Shown piece after piece: positions 11,493-23,600 of a DNA stretch of 64,000 bases. The stretch's first letter is position 1. Every line of letters starts with the position of its first letter. Under the pieces are notes generated by a model. It was not told where the DNA came from. It made no database searches and saw nothing but the letters and a program-made list of their open reading frames with translations. Where the stretch lies: assembly GCF_988243305.1 (NCBI RefSeq), contig NZ_OZ547136.1, one strand, 5' to 3'. A program made the translations under genes and the position numbers.

Positions 11493-12773
11493 TCAATCAA
11501 TTGTGCTTGTCATCAGTTCTCTTGCCGAATGCAGCCGGATATAAGCAACCCACGCCGCCAGCAACGTGAATGCCCCGGCAAACAGGAAGCAGGCCGCATA
11601 GCCAAAATGTTGAGCAACAACGCCACCGATAACGCCTGCCAGAATGGCGATTGCCGCGTCAGTACATTGAAAGAGGGTGAAGTCGACACCGGCCTGCAAA
11701 GGCGATGAAAGCGACATCAGCGTGGCGTAAAGACAGACCAGCGCGCAGGCCAGCGAAATGGACTGGACAATGACCAGACACTGGAGAATCTGCAGCAGCA
11801 GATGACCCGGCGCCATCATGAGCGTCATCACCACCGCCAGCAGCGCGATCCCCTGGACGCCATAAGCCGTCAACAGCGCTCTGCCGGGTGAGGTGTATTT
11901 CATCAGCAATCCGCCGGCCAGCGTTCCTGCTATGCCCGCTGCAATATTGCCGCCGCTGAACAGCGCGCCCAATGCGGACATGCTCAACCCATGATCCAAC
12001 AACAGCGGTGCCAGAAGAGGCAGCACAAACCGCATGCCTGAATTCAGCATCAATACCAGCAGTAAGCCCAGGCACGCCTGCTTCCTCCTTAGCGCATAAC
12101 CTAACGCCGGAACATGCGGGATAGTCGCTGTTCGCGTCGGCTCCGTAATGCGCCACAGCGGGAGTGACAGCGCCATAATCAGCACCGCCATCATCAGCAT
12201 GGCGACAGGCCAGCCGGATGCCGCCGACAGCATCAGGAACACCCCGCCGCCGCACATCATTCCCAGATAGCTGCCGCCGACCTGCACGCTGTTTCCCCAG
12301 CCGTAACCCGTGCGGGTCAGTTGATCGACACAAAAGCCGTCGCTGGCGATATCAATGGTGGAGGCGACCGTGCCTGCCACCATAAACAGAACAAATAACG
12401 CGACGATTTGCGTATCGGGGAATCCCCCTTCTCGCCCAAACCAGCCAATCGCTGCGGCAATAGTCAGGATCGCCGCTAGCGCGACCTGACCACGCAGGAT
12501 TAACATGCGGGAACGGCGTTCCTGGCTACCGGGCGGAAGCCGCCAGCGCTCGATCCACGGCGCCCAAATAAACTTCAGCGCCCAGGGCAGCATAAACAGG
12601 GTTGTCGCACCGGCAAGCGCCAGCGAACCGCCAGCAGCGCGCACCAGCGCGGGTAAGGACTGCATAGACAGCGCCGATACCAGACTCTGCGTCACATAGA
12701 CGCCGGCAATAGCAAAAATCACCCGCCCGGTCGTCAACGTCAGCGGTTTCACATTCGACTGAACATCACTCAT
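11493..12773 (-). CDS. ybtX: MFS-type inner-membrane protein of the yersiniabactin system
   Basis: Polytopic membrane ORF; start set at MSDVQSN (426 aa), overlapping the ybtQ stop; the ORF track extends to 12896. Confidence 0.85.
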   Translation of the reverse strand: MSDVQSNVKPLTLTTGRVIFAIAGVYVTQSLVSALSMQSLPALVRAAGGSLALAGATTLFMLPWALKFIWAPWIERWRLPPGSQERRSRMLILRGQVALAAILTIAAAIGWFGREGGFPDTQIVALFVLFMVAGTVASTIDIASDGFCVDQLTRTGYGWGNSVQVGGSYLGMMCGGGVFLMLSAASGWPVAMLMMAVLIMALSLPLWRITEPTRTATIPHVPALGYALRRKQACLGLLLVLMLNSGMRFVLPLLAPLLLDHGLSMSALGALFSGGNIAAGIAGTLAGGLLMKYTSPGRALLTAYGVQGIALLAVVMTLMMAPGHLLLQILQCLVIVQSISLACALVCLYATLMSLSSPLQAGVDFTLFQCTDAAIAILAGVIGGVVAQHFGYAACFLFAGAFTLLAAWVAYIRLHSARELMTSTID

Positions 12774-14568
12774 GCACCCACTCTCCAGACGCGGAACCCC
12801 CGTCGTCGCGCCACACGCGCGCGGCCATTTGCGCCTGCCACAGCGCCTGATAACGTCCATGATGTGAGAGCAATTGCGCATGAGTACCCTGCTCAACCAC
12901 CTGTCCCTCTTCCATCACCAGAATGTTTCCGGCCCCGGCGATGGTGGATAAACGGTGAGCGATGATAATCACCGTCCGGTTGTGAACCAGGTTATCGATC
13001 GCTTTTTGCACCGCCAGCTCGCTTTCAATATCCAGCGCGGCAGTCGGTTCATCGAGAATGACGACCGGCGCGTTTTTCAATAACGCTCTGGCAATGGAAA
13101 TCCGCTGGCGCTCGCCGCCCGATAGCTGGCCGCCCATCTCTCCCATTGGCGTCAGCCAGCCTTGCGGAAGACGGGAAATAAACTCAAGGCACTGCGCCGC
13201 GCGGGCGGCCTCTTCTACCTCCTGCCGCGTCGCCTGTGGGCGCGCGATACGGATATTCGCCAGCAGCGTGTCATCAAACAGCCAGACATCCTGGAAAACA
13301 ACAGAAATCAGGCTATTGAGCTGTTCCGGCGTCAGGCGGCGAATATCGACGCCGCCAATAGAAATCTGCCCTTGCTGCGGATCGGCATAGCGCATTAACA
13401 GTTTGGTGACGGTAGTTTTGCCTGCGCCGGAGGCACCCACCAGCGCGCTCATACTGGCTGCCGGGAACGTCAAAGAAACATGATTAAGCGCGTGGCCGTC
13501 GCCTTCTTCGTAGCGATAGCTGACGTTGTCAAAGCGGATATCGTAACGTTCCGGCATCTCGCTTTGCTCTGCGACGGGAAGCGGTGCTATCGCCATAAAC
13601 TGCTCAATCCGTTGCAGGGCGCTGGCGATCAGTTCCACAACCGAGGTGTAGCTGATAAACATCGCCATCGGTTCTGCGAAGCGCATAATCATCGCGACGG
13701 CGGCAATCAAAAAGGCGAGGTTCAGAGTGCCCGTCACTACCCAGACGATCCCGGATAACACCACCACCTGTAGGCCCAACTCCACGACGCTGGCGATCAG
13801 CATCGTCGCGCCAGCGCCCTGACGGTGAGTGCGGGTCTGTAAGTTTTCCAGCGCATTGAAATGCGCCAGCAGCGCCCGGCTTTTATCGGCATCGCTGCCG
13901 CAGGTGCGCAATACCATCATCCCCTGAGCAAATTCAACGATATCGCCGCTCAGACGCTGGTGCGCTTCCCCCAGCGTCTGCATTTGTCGCCGCATCGCCG
14001 GGCGGCGCCAGTAATAAAACGGCACCAGCAGAGGGAAGATCAGCAACATCACCAGCCCCAGCCGCCAGTCTATCCACAATGTCGCCAGCGACGCCGTCAG
14101 CGGCGTGACAATGGTGAGCAGCAAAATATTGGCTATCGCAATAACATAATTGAGGTTTTCATCCACGCTGCCCAGCAGCAAGGCGTTCATTTCACCCGCC
14201 CTGCCGCGCTGGAGCTTCTCCAGCGGCACGCGGCGTAACTGCTCGCCAAGTCGCAGGCGCAACTCATGGGTAGCCTGCGCCAGATGACCACGGTATTCAA
14301 AGCCCAGGCCATACCAGCGTAGCACCAGCGTCACAATTGCGGCGACGCTGAAGGCCATAGCCCAGTTAAGAAGTTGCGGCGCGTCTCCCCGTAACAGCGC
14401 ATCAATGATCGGATAAAGACAGGCAAAGGCGATCCCCTGCATGAATGCCGCCAGCAACAGCGCCAGCATACTGCGTCGCAGCATCCTGGCCTGACTGCCA
14501 ACGCTGGAGATAAGCTGGCGCCAGATGACGCGCCAGGCCAGGTTATCCGCAGGATTATTGTCTTTCAT
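12766..14568 (-). CDS. ybtQ: ABC transporter, fused permease/ATPase, yersiniabactin iron import
   Basis: Walker A GASGAGKTT and signature LSGGERQR; start set at MKDNN (600 aa) with upstream GGTGG; overlaps ybtP stop. Confidence 0.88.
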   Translation of the reverse strand: MKDNNPADNLAWRVIWRQLISSVGSQARMLRRSMLALLLAAFMQGIAFACLYPIIDALLRGDAPQLLNWAMAFSVAAIVTLVLRWYGLGFEYRGHLAQATHELRLRLGEQLRRVPLEKLQRGRAGEMNALLLGSVDENLNYVIAIANILLLTIVTPLTASLATLWIDWRLGLVMLLIFPLLVPFYYWRRPAMRRQMQTLGEAHQRLSGDIVEFAQGMMVLRTCGSDADKSRALLAHFNALENLQTRTHRQGAGATMLIASVVELGLQVVVLSGIVWVVTGTLNLAFLIAAVAMIMRFAEPMAMFISYTSVVELIASALQRIEQFMAIAPLPVAEQSEMPERYDIRFDNVSYRYEEGDGHALNHVSLTFPAASMSALVGASGAGKTTVTKLLMRYADPQQGQISIGGVDIRRLTPEQLNSLISVVFQDVWLFDDTLLANIRIARPQATRQEVEEAARAAQCLEFISRLPQGWLTPMGEMGGQLSGGERQRISIARALLKNAPVVILDEPTAALDIESELAVQKAIDNLVHNRTVIIIAHRLSTIAGAGNILVMEEGQVVEQGTHAQLLSHHGRYQALWQAQMAARVWRDDGGSASGEWVHE

Positions 14569-16357
14569 TTTCCACCACCTCTTCCTGTGTTCCACCCGGC
14601 ACCCAATGCTGCGCCTGCTGATAGTGTTGCCAGAGCCGTTGATACAGGCCGCCCTGCGCCAACAGTTGCGTATGGTTCCCCATTTCCCTGAGCTGTCCGT
14701 CGGAAAACAGCAATATCACATCGGCCTGAGTCACCATTGAGAGACGATGCGCGACCATGATGACCGTCCGGCCACGCATGGCCGCCGCGAGCGCCTTGAT
14801 AAGCGCCGCTTCGTTTTCCGGGTCAGCAAACGCCGTCGCCTCATCGAGCACCAGGATGGGGCGATCCTGCAAAAGCGCCCGGGCGATAGTAATGCGCTGC
14901 CGCTGGCCGCCGGAGAGAAATACCCCACGTTCCCCGACTCGAGTGTTGTAACCTTCTGGCAGAGCGCTAATAAAATCATGGGCCTGCGCCACTCTGGCCG
15001 CCGCTATAACCGCCTCCAGCGGCGTATCCGGCGCGCCCAGACGAATGTTATTGGCTATCGTGTCGGCAAAAAGGAAGTTGTCCTGAAACACAAACGAGAG
15101 TTGCTTCATCAGGGTGTCCGTCTGCATATCACGCAGATCCACGCCGCCAATACGGATATGGCCTTTGTCCGGGTCGGCGTAACGCAGCAGCAAGCGCGCC
15201 ACGGTGCTTTTTCCGGCGCCGCTTGGCCCGACCAGCGCCACAATTTGCCCGGCAGGCACATGAAAGCTCACCTCCTGCAACGCGGCGCCAGTACGCGCTT
15301 GCGGATAATGAAAGCTCACCTGCTCAAAGGTAATGCTCGCCTCTTGCGGCTGCTGGTCAGACTGCGGCAGCGATAACTCCGGCATCGCGAGAACCTGATA
15401 AATACGCTGAATGCTTAAACGCGTTTGCGCGACCAGGTTATTGAGCATCATCATTGGCATTACGGCTTCGGCCATTCCGCTGCCCAGCAGTAAAACGGCC
15501 ACCCACGCGATAAAATCGAAACTGCCATAGTGCAACAGGCCGTATCCCGACCAGATCAGGACAAACAGGGTCGGGAGAGGATTCAGAATCGAGAAGGAAA
15601 AACGCGCTGAAAAACCGGCTTTGCGATACCAGGTTTTGAGCACATCGACCCACTCTTCAAGGGCGCGTTGATAGCGCAAAAAACTGGTGCTGCCGCTATC
15701 AAACGTTCTCACCACGGGCATGGCCTGCACGAACTCAATAACCGCCGCGCTAACCTGCTCGCGCGCCTTATGATAACGCTGAGCCATATTTTCCGAACGC
15801 TGGCGGGCGAGCACGAGAACAACCGATCCAAACGCCAGTACCCCCAGCGTCGCGATTGCCAGCCGCCAGTCCAGCCAGAACAAGATAACGATTGTCGCCA
15901 GCGGCATGATGATCGCGCGGGCATAGAGCGGCGTGCTGTCGGCCACAAAAATATGTAACGACTTCACGTCATCCAGCATCACTTTCGCCACTGACCCGCT
16001 GCCCATTTGCTGTAACACGCCAGGCGGAAGCTGCAATGCTTTACGGGCTAACCTGCTGCGCAGAATGTTCTCCAGATGAAAAGCCGCGTAATGAGAGGTG
16101 TTGAACGCCTGTAAGCGCAGAACAAAAGTTAAGACCACGCAGCCGATCACGCCGCCCAGCGGCCAGGCCGGAATAGCGTCAGGCGTCGCGCGAATGTCAC
16201 GCAGGCTCCACGCCAGAAAAAGGAGCGCCCCCAGGCTGGTTAATGCCGCCAGCCCCGCCAGCGCCATAGCTAAAATAACCTTCCTGCGAACCGGTGTAAT
16301 CACCTGCCAGAGAGGAAATCGGGACAGCGATTCAGTATTGGATGATTGAGATGACAT
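14555..16357 (-). CDS. ybtP: ABC transporter, fused permease/ATPase, yersiniabactin iron import
   Basis: 600-aa ORF; Walker A GPSGAGKST and signature LSGGQRQR; N-terminal transmembrane domain. Confidence 0.9.
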   Translation of the reverse strand: MSSQSSNTESLSRFPLWQVITPVRRKVILAMALAGLAALTSLGALLFLAWSLRDIRATPDAIPAWPLGGVIGCVVLTFVLRLQAFNTSHYAAFHLENILRSRLARKALQLPPGVLQQMGSGSVAKVMLDDVKSLHIFVADSTPLYARAIIMPLATIVILFWLDWRLAIATLGVLAFGSVVLVLARQRSENMAQRYHKAREQVSAAVIEFVQAMPVVRTFDSGSTSFLRYQRALEEWVDVLKTWYRKAGFSARFSFSILNPLPTLFVLIWSGYGLLHYGSFDFIAWVAVLLLGSGMAEAVMPMMMLNNLVAQTRLSIQRIYQVLAMPELSLPQSDQQPQEASITFEQVSFHYPQARTGAALQEVSFHVPAGQIVALVGPSGAGKSTVARLLLRYADPDKGHIRIGGVDLRDMQTDTLMKQLSFVFQDNFLFADTIANNIRLGAPDTPLEAVIAAARVAQAHDFISALPEGYNTRVGERGVFLSGGQRQRITIARALLQDRPILVLDEATAFADPENEAALIKALAAAMRGRTVIMVAHRLSMVTQADVILLFSDGQLREMGNHTQLLAQGGLYQRLWQHYQQAQHWVPGGTQEEVVENERQ

Positions 16358-16434
16358 GGGAGTAACTGAATTTCCTGATGAATTTTTACGGACGCCAAAA
16401 ACGACAATTCAGGGTGGCGTTCTGAGAATTAATG

Positions 16435-16456
16435 TGAATAATAACCATTATCAATA
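16435..16456. promoter_or_regulatory. Fur-box-like operator in the divergent ybtP/ybtA promoter region
   Basis: gaataataaccattatcaataa resembles the GATAATGATAATCATTATC Fur consensus. Confidence 0.55.
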
Positions 16457-16523
16457 ACTCATCTACCCCATTCGGTTCTATTTATACCCGCATTGGTCTA
16501 AGCCACAGGGAGATAACCAGGTC

Positions 16524-17483
16524 ATGACGGAGTCACCGCAAACGCAATCTGAAATCTCTATTCACCAGTTGGTGGTCGGGAAACCTGCAAACGATGGCAA
16601 TATTCCTGCTCAGTGTGAACTGCTGCGCTGTTCGTTGCAGGAAGGTATGGATATTTTGCTCTGGAGGGGCCATTTTGCGCGGCCAGAGACGTTGCAGCTA
16701 CACGACGATCTGGGCAGGATTAACTTCTCGTGCATCCTGGAAGGCACATCGCGCTTTGCGATTCAGGGACTCCGGCGCCACACCGACTGGGAGCTTGCGC
16801 GCAATCGCCATTACATTACCCATACGCCAGACTGTCGCGGCAGCGCCTCCTATTGTGGCCGATTCGAGAGCATTACCCTCTCCTTCAGCCCTGAAACCCT
16901 CGCGCTGTGGGTGCCGGATATTAGCGCGGTCATTAAGAATAAGATCGACTCCCACTGCTGTTGCCAGCAGCAGCGTTGTAATGCTGAAACCCACTTAACG
17001 GCTCAGGCCTTGCGTCACGCGCTGATGCGCATGCACGGCGGCTTCAGTCATGAACAAAAGCCGTCGACGCTATGGTTGCAGGGGCAAAGTCTGGTCATGC
17101 TCAGCCTGGTGCTGGATGAACATCGCGAAGACGCCAGTTGCCTCTCCTGCCACTTCAACCCGATGGAACGCCAGAAACTGCTGCGGGCGAAGGATCTGCT
17201 GCTGGCTGATCTGACGCAAGCGCCGGGCGTCGCGGAGCTGGCCAGAGAGTCCGGTCTGAGCGTTCTCAAAATTAAGCGAGGCTTCCGCGTTCTGTTCAAC
17301 AACAGCGTCTATGGCCTGTTTCAGGCTGAACGAATGCAGGAAGCCAGAAGACGCCTGGCCAACGGCAATACCTCCGTCATGACGGTGGCGGCCGATCTGG
17401 GCTATGCCAACGCCAGCCATTTCTCTGCCGCCTTCCAGAAACAGTTTGGCGTAACTCCTTCGACCTTTAAACGCGGGATGTAA
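16524..17483 (+). CDS. ybtA: AraC-family transcriptional activator of yersiniabactin genes
   Basis: 319-aa ORF with C-terminal AraC-type HTH; divergent from ybtP as in the canonical HPI. Confidence 0.9.
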   Translation: MTESPQTQSEISIHQLVVGKPANDGNIPAQCELLRCSLQEGMDILLWRGHFARPETLQLHDDLGRINFSCILEGTSRFAIQGLRRHTDWELARNRHYITHTPDCRGSASYCGRFESITLSFSPETLALWVPDISAVIKNKIDSHCCCQQQRCNAETHLTAQALRHALMRMHGGFSHEQKPSTLWLQGQSLVMLSLVLDEHREDASCLSCHFNPMERQKLLRAKDLLLADLTQAPGVAELARESGLSVLKIKRGFRVLFNNSVYGLFQAERMQEARRRLANGNTSVMTVAADLGYANASHFSAAFQKQFGVTPSTFKRGM

Positions 17484-17514
17484 CCGGGGTCGCGCCCCCC
17501 TAAACTCCTCCCTG

Positions 17515-17552
17515 ACAGAGGCCCGGATACCCCATCCGGGCCTCTGTTCTTT
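17515..17552 (+). terminator. rho-independent terminator downstream of ybtA
   Basis: Stem acagaggcccgg / ccgggcctctgt followed by tctttcc. Confidence 0.55.
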
Positions 17553-17565
17553 CCGCCTGTTACCA

Positions 17566-17603
17566 ACCCGAAACGGGCATAAATAAACCCGTTTCGGGTA
17601 GCA
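17566..17603. promoter_or_regulatory. conserved palindromic repeat (YbtA-binding RS-type) upstream of irp2
   Basis: acccgaaacgggcataaataaacccgtttcgggtagca; a near-identical copy lies upstream of fyuA at 36849-36886. Confidence 0.7.
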
Positions 17604-17607
17604 TCCA

Positions 17608-17630
17608 ATTGTTAATAATTATTATTCTCA
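17608..17630. promoter_or_regulatory. Fur-box-like site in the irp2 promoter
   Basis: AT-rich gttaataattattattctcat between the palindromic repeat and the irp2 ribosome-binding site. Confidence 0.5.
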
Positions 17631-17673
17631 TATGAGTAATGCTTTTCGGTAAGACGTGCCATCAGGAGGAAGA

Positions 17674-20600
17674 ATGATTTCTGGCGCACCATCTCAGGAT
17701 TCGCTGTTACCGGACAACCGCCACGCGGCTGATTACCAACAATTACGCGAGCGGCTCATACAGGAACTGAATTTAACGCCGCAGCAGTTACATGAAGAGA
17801 GCAACCTGATCCAGGCCGGCCTGGATTCCATAAGATTGATGAGATGGTTACACTGGTTTCGTAAAAATGGCTACCGCCTTACCCTTCGCGAGCTGTATGC
17901 CGCCCCCACGCTGGCGGCATGGAACCAGTTAATGCTCAGCCGGTCGCCGGAGAACGCGGAAGAAGAAACGCCGCCCGACGAATCATCCTGGCCGAACATG
18001 ACCGAAAGTACCCCCTTCCCATTGACGCCAGTACAGCACGCCTACCTGACGGGCCGCATGCCGGGGCAGACGCTTGGCGGCGTGGGTTGCCACCTGTATC
18101 AGGAGTTTGAAGGCCATTGTCTGACGGCGTCGCAGCTGGAGCAGGCCATCACGACCTTGCTGCAACGCCACCCAATGCTGCATATCGCCTTTCGCCCCGA
18201 CGGGCAGCAGGTCTGGCTACCGCAACCTTACTGGAACGGCGTCACCGTCCATGATTTACGCCATAACGACGCTGAAAGCCGCCAGGCCTATCTGGACGCA
18301 CTGCGCCAGCGCCTGAGCCACCGTCTTTTACGCGTGGAAATCGGCGAAACGTTTGATTTTCAGCTGACGCTCTTGCCGGACAATCGCCACCGCCTCCATG
18401 TCAATATTGACCTGCTGATTATGGATGCCTCCAGCTTTACGCTTTTCTTCGATGAGCTTAACGCCCTGCTGGCCGGAGAATCGCTGCCGGCTATCGACAC
18501 CCGCTATGATTTCCGCTCGTATTTGCTGCACCAGCAGAAGATCAATCAACCACTGAGAGACGACGCGCGCGCTTACTGGCTGGCGAAAGCATCGACGCTT
18601 CCCCCCGCGCCCGTCTTGCCGCTGGCCTGCGAACCCGCCACGCTATGTGAAGTCCGTAATACCCGACGCCGCATGATTGTCCCGGCAACACGCTGGCACG
18701 CCTTTAGCAACCGGGCCGGCGAGTATGGCGTGACGCCGACAATGGCACTGGCGACCTGTTTTTCTGCCGTGCTGGCTCGCTGGGGCGGCCTGACGCGTCT
18801 GCTGCTTAACATCACCTTATTCGACCGCCAGCCGCTGCACCCGGCGGTTGGCGCGATGCTTGCCGACTTCACCAATATTCTTCTGCTGGATACCGCCTGC
18901 GATGGCGATACCGTCAGCAACCTGGCGCGTAAAAACCAGCTCACGTTTACGGAGGACTGGGAGCATCGCCACTGGTCCGGCGTCGAATTACTCCGTGAAC
19001 TCAAACGCCAGCAGCGCTACCCCCACGGCGCCCCGGTGGTATTTACCAGCAATCTGGGGCGTTCCCTCTACAGCAGCCGCGCAGAATCGCCGTTGGGCGA
19101 GCCGGAATGGGGCATCTCGCAAACGCCGCAGGTCTGGATAGATCATCTGGCGTTCGAGCATCACGGCGAGGTCTGGCTACAATGGGACAGCAACGACGCG
19201 CTGTTCCCTCCGGCGTTAGTCGAAACATTGTTCGACGCCTACTGCCAGTTGATTAACCAACTCTGCGATGACGAAAGCGCCTGGCAAAAGCCGTTCGCAG
19301 ATATGATGCCCGCCAGCCAGCGCGCGATACGCGAACGGGTCAACGCCACCGGCGCCCCCATTCCCGAAGGCTTGCTGCATGAAGGCATTTTCCGTATCGC
19401 TCTGCAACAGCCGCAGGCGCTGGCGGTAACGGACATGCGTTATCAGTGGAATTATCATGAGCTGACAGACTATGCCCGCCGTTGCGCGGGCAGGTTAATC
19501 GAGTGCGGGGTTCAGCCCGGCGATAATGTGGCTATCACGATGTCGAAAGGCGCAGGACAACTTGTTGCGGTTCTGGCCGTCCTGCTGGCCGGGGCGGTTT
19601 ACGTTCCGGTTTCGCTGGATCAGCCTGCCGCACGGCGCGAGAAAATCTACGCTGACGCCAGCGTCCGGCTGGTGCTCATTTGTCAGCACGACGCCAGCGC
19701 CGGGTCAGACGATATTCCCGTCCTTGCCTGGCAGCAGGCCATTGAGGCGGAGCCGATCGCCAACCCGGTAGTACGCGCCCCCACGCAACCGGCCTACATT
19801 ATCTACACCTCCGGCTCTACCGGTACGCCGAAAGGGGTAGTCATTTCTCACCGGGGAGCGCTTAACACCTGTTGCGATATCAATACCCGCTATCAGGTTG
19901 GCCCGCATGACAGGGTGCTGGCCCTCTCCGCCCTACATTTTGATTTATCGGTTTACGACATTTTTGGCGTACTGCGCGCGGGCGGCGCGCTGGTGATGGT
20001 GATGGAAAATCAACGGCGCGATCCTCACGCATGGTGTGAGCTGATCCAGCGCCATCAGGTCACGCTCTGGAACAGCGTCCCGGCGCTGTTCGATATGCTG
20101 CTGACCTGGTGTGAAGGTTTCGCCGACGCCACGCCGGAAAACCTGCGCGCAGTGATGCTTTCCGGCGACTGGATCGGGCTTGACCTCCCCGCCCGTTATC
20201 GGGCCTTCCGGCCACAAGGACAATTTATCGCGATGGGCGGTGCCACCGAGGCGTCTATCTGGTCTAACGCCTGCGAAATTCACGACGTCCCCGCCCACTG
20301 GCGCTCCATCCCTTACGGTTTTCCGCTAACCAACCAACGCTACCGGGTGGTGGATGAACAGGGCCGGGACTGCCCTGACTGGGTGCCGGGTGAATTATGG
20401 ATTGGCGGCATTGGGGTCGCGGAAGGCTATTTCAACGATCCCCTGCGTAGCGAGCAGCAATTTTTGACGCTCCCGGACGAGCGCTGGTATCGCACCGGCG
20501 ATCTCGGCTGCTACTGGCCAGATGGCACAATCGAGTTCCTCGGTCGTCGCGACAAGCAGGTCAAAGTCGGAGGATATCGCATCGAGCTGGGCGAAATCGA

Positions 20601-23600
20601 AAGCGCGCTCAGCCAGCTGGCGGGGGTGAAACAAGCAACCGTTCTGGCGATCGGCGAAAAAGAAAAAACGCTGGCGGCATACGTTGTTCCTCAGGGCGAG
20701 GCTTTTTGCGTTACCGATCATCGGAACCCGGCACTGCCGCAGGCGTGGCACACGCTTGCGGGAACGTTGCCCTGTTGCGCCATCTCGCCAGAGATCTCCG
20801 CAGAACAGGTAGCCGATTTCCTTCAGCATCGCCTGCTAAAACTGAAGCCGGGTCACACCGCTGGCGCCGATCCTCTCCCCCTGATGAACTCACTCGCTAT
20901 CCAGCCGCGCTGGCAGGCCGTGGTGGAACGCTGGTTAGCATTTCTGGTGACACAACGGCGACTGAAGCCCGCTGCTGAAGGTTATCAGGTCTGCGCTGGT
21001 GAAGAACGCGAGGATGAGCACCCGCACTTCAGCGGACATGATTTAACGTTATCGCAAATTCTTCGCGGTGCCCGTAACGAACTGTCGTTACTGAACGACG
21101 CGCAGTGGTCGCCGGAAAGCCTGGCCTTTAACCATCCGGCCAGCGCCCCGTATATTCAGGAACTGGCGACAATTTGCCAACAGCTTGCACAGCGCTTACA
21201 GCGCCCGGTGCGCCTGCTTGAGGTGGGAACCCGCACTGGCCGCGCCGCAGAATCGCTGTTAGCACAGCTCAACGCCGGACAGATTGAGTATGTCGGGCTT
21301 GAGCAGAGCCAGGAGATGCTGCTGAGCGCCCGGCAGAGGCTCGCCCCCTGGCCTGGCGCCCGTCTGTCCCTCTGGAATGCAGACACGCTGGCGGCGCACG
21401 CTCACTCGGCGGACATTATCTGGCTTAATAACGCCCTGCATCGTCTGCTGCCGGAAAATCCCGGGCTCCTTGCGACATTACAACAGCTTGCCGTTCCCGG
21501 CGCGCTGCTCTACGTGATGGAGTTTCGCCAGTTAACGCCGTCCGCCCTACTCAGCACGCTCCTGTTAACCAATGGGCAGCCGGAGGCCTTGCTGCATAAC
21601 AGCGCCGACTGGGCGGCATTATTTAGCGCGGCCGCCTTCAACTGTCAGCATGGCGATGAGGTCGCGGGGTTACAACGCTTCCTCGTACAATGTCCTGACA
21701 GGCAGGTGCGCCGCGATCCCCGTCAACTTCAGGCCGCCCTCGCCGGGCGTCTGCCGGGGTGGATGGTGCCGCAACGGATCGTCTTCCTCGACGCCTTACC
21801 GCTGACGGCTAACGGGAAAATTGACTACCAGGCGCTGAAGCGTCGTCATACCCCTGAAGCGGAAAACCCGGCCGAAGCGGATTTACCCCAGGGCGACATT
21901 GAAAAACAGGTTGCCGCCCTCTGGCAGCAACTCTTATCAACTGGCAATGTCACCAGAGAAACCGACTTCTTCCAGCAAGGCGGCGATAGCCTGCTGGCGA
22001 CCCGTCTGACCGGGCAACTTCATCAGGCAGGTTATGAAGCGCAATTAAGCGACCTGTTTAATCATCCCCGGCTGGCGGATTTTGCCGCCACGCTGCGGAA
22101 AACCGACGTCCCGGTCGAACAACCATTCGTCCACTCCCCTGAAGATCGCTACCAGCCCTTTGCGCTTACCGACGTGCAGCAGGCTTACCTGGTGGGGCGT
22201 CAGCCGGGCTTTGCCCTGGGCGGCGTCGGCTCACATTTCTTTGTTGAATTTGAAATTGCCGATCTGGATCTCACCCGGCTGGAGACGGTCTGGAACCGAT
22301 TAATCGCCCGCCACGATATGCTACGCGCCGTCGTGCGTGATGGACAGCAACAGGTGCTCGAACAGACGCCTCGCTGGGTAATACCCGCACACATCCTCCA
22401 TACGCCTGAAGAGGCGTTGCAGGTGCGCGAAAAACTGGCCCATCAGGTACTCAACCCCGAAGTCTGGCCGGTATTCGATCTCCAGGTCGGTTACGTTGAC
22501 GGGATGCCCGCCCGCCTGTGGCTGTGTCTGGATAACCTGTTACTTGACGGGCTGAGCATGCAGATCCTGCTGGCGGAGCTGGAGCACGGCTACCGCTACC
22601 CGCAACAGCTGCTTCCGCCGCTGCCCGTCACCTTCAGGGATTATCTGCAACAACCCTCGCTACAGTCGCCCAATCCAGATTCTCTGGCATGGTGGCAGGC
22701 GCAGCTTGATGATATTCCTCCGGCGCCTGCGTTGCCGCTGCGCTGCTTGCCTCAGGAGGTTGAAACACCGCGCTTCGCCCGCCTGAACGGCGCACTGGAC
22801 AGCACGCGCTGGCATCGGCTGAAAAAACGGGCGGCTGACGCCCATCTCACCCCGTCGGCCGTACTGTTGTCGGTGTGGTCAACGGTTCTCTCTGCATGGA
22901 GTGCACAGCCTGAGTTCACGCTTAACCTTACGCTTTTCGACAGGCGACCGCTGCACCCGCAAATCAACCAGATTCTGGGCGATTTCACCTCGCTGATGCT
23001 GCTGAGCTGGCATCCCGGCGAAAGCTGGCTGCACAGCGCGCAGTCACTACAGCAGCGGCTGAGCCAGAACCTCAACCACCGCGATGTGTCAGCCATCCGC
23101 GTGATGCGTCAACTGGCGCAACGGCAAAACGTGCCTGCCGTTCCGATGCCCGTCGTCTTTACCAGCGCACTGGGCTTTGAGCAGGATAACTTCCTCGCCC
23201 GGCGTAATCTGCTCAAACCGGTCTGGGGCATCTCCCAGACGCCGCAGGTCTGGCTCGATCACCAGATTTATGAATCCGAAGGCGAACTGCGCTTTAACTG
23301 GGATTTTGTCGCCGCGCTGTTTCCTGCCGGGCAGGTGGAGCGCCAGTTTGAACAGTATTGCGCATTGCTAAACCGAATGGCCGAGGATGAAAGCGGCTGG
23401 CAACTGCCGCTCGCCGCGCTGGTGCCTCCCGTTAAACACGCAGGGCAATGCGCAGAGCGCTCACCGCGCGTATGCCCTGAGCACTCTCAGCCACACATTG
23501 CGGCGGACGAGAGCACCGTCAGCCTGATTTGCGACGCCTTCCGCGAGGTGGTTGGCGAGTCTGTCACGCCCGCAGAAAACTTCTTTGAGGCGGGCGCAAC

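Noticed and set aside
11659-12333. 224-aa Arg/Ala-rich ORF overlapping ybtX in another frame
   Set aside because: Out-of-frame overlap with a well-supported membrane transporter; low-complexity composition typical of spurious ORFs in GC-rich DNA.
14555-14595. Longer ybtQ start at 14595 (MEHRKRWWK...)
   Set aside because: The internal ATG at 14568 has a GGTGG ribosome-binding site and gives the expected 600 aa; the longer form is kept only as an alternative.
17656-17673. Upstream extension of irp2 (MPSGGR...)
   Set aside because: The ATG at 17674 has AGGAGG at ideal spacing and yields the expected 2035-aa product; the extension has no ribosome-binding site.
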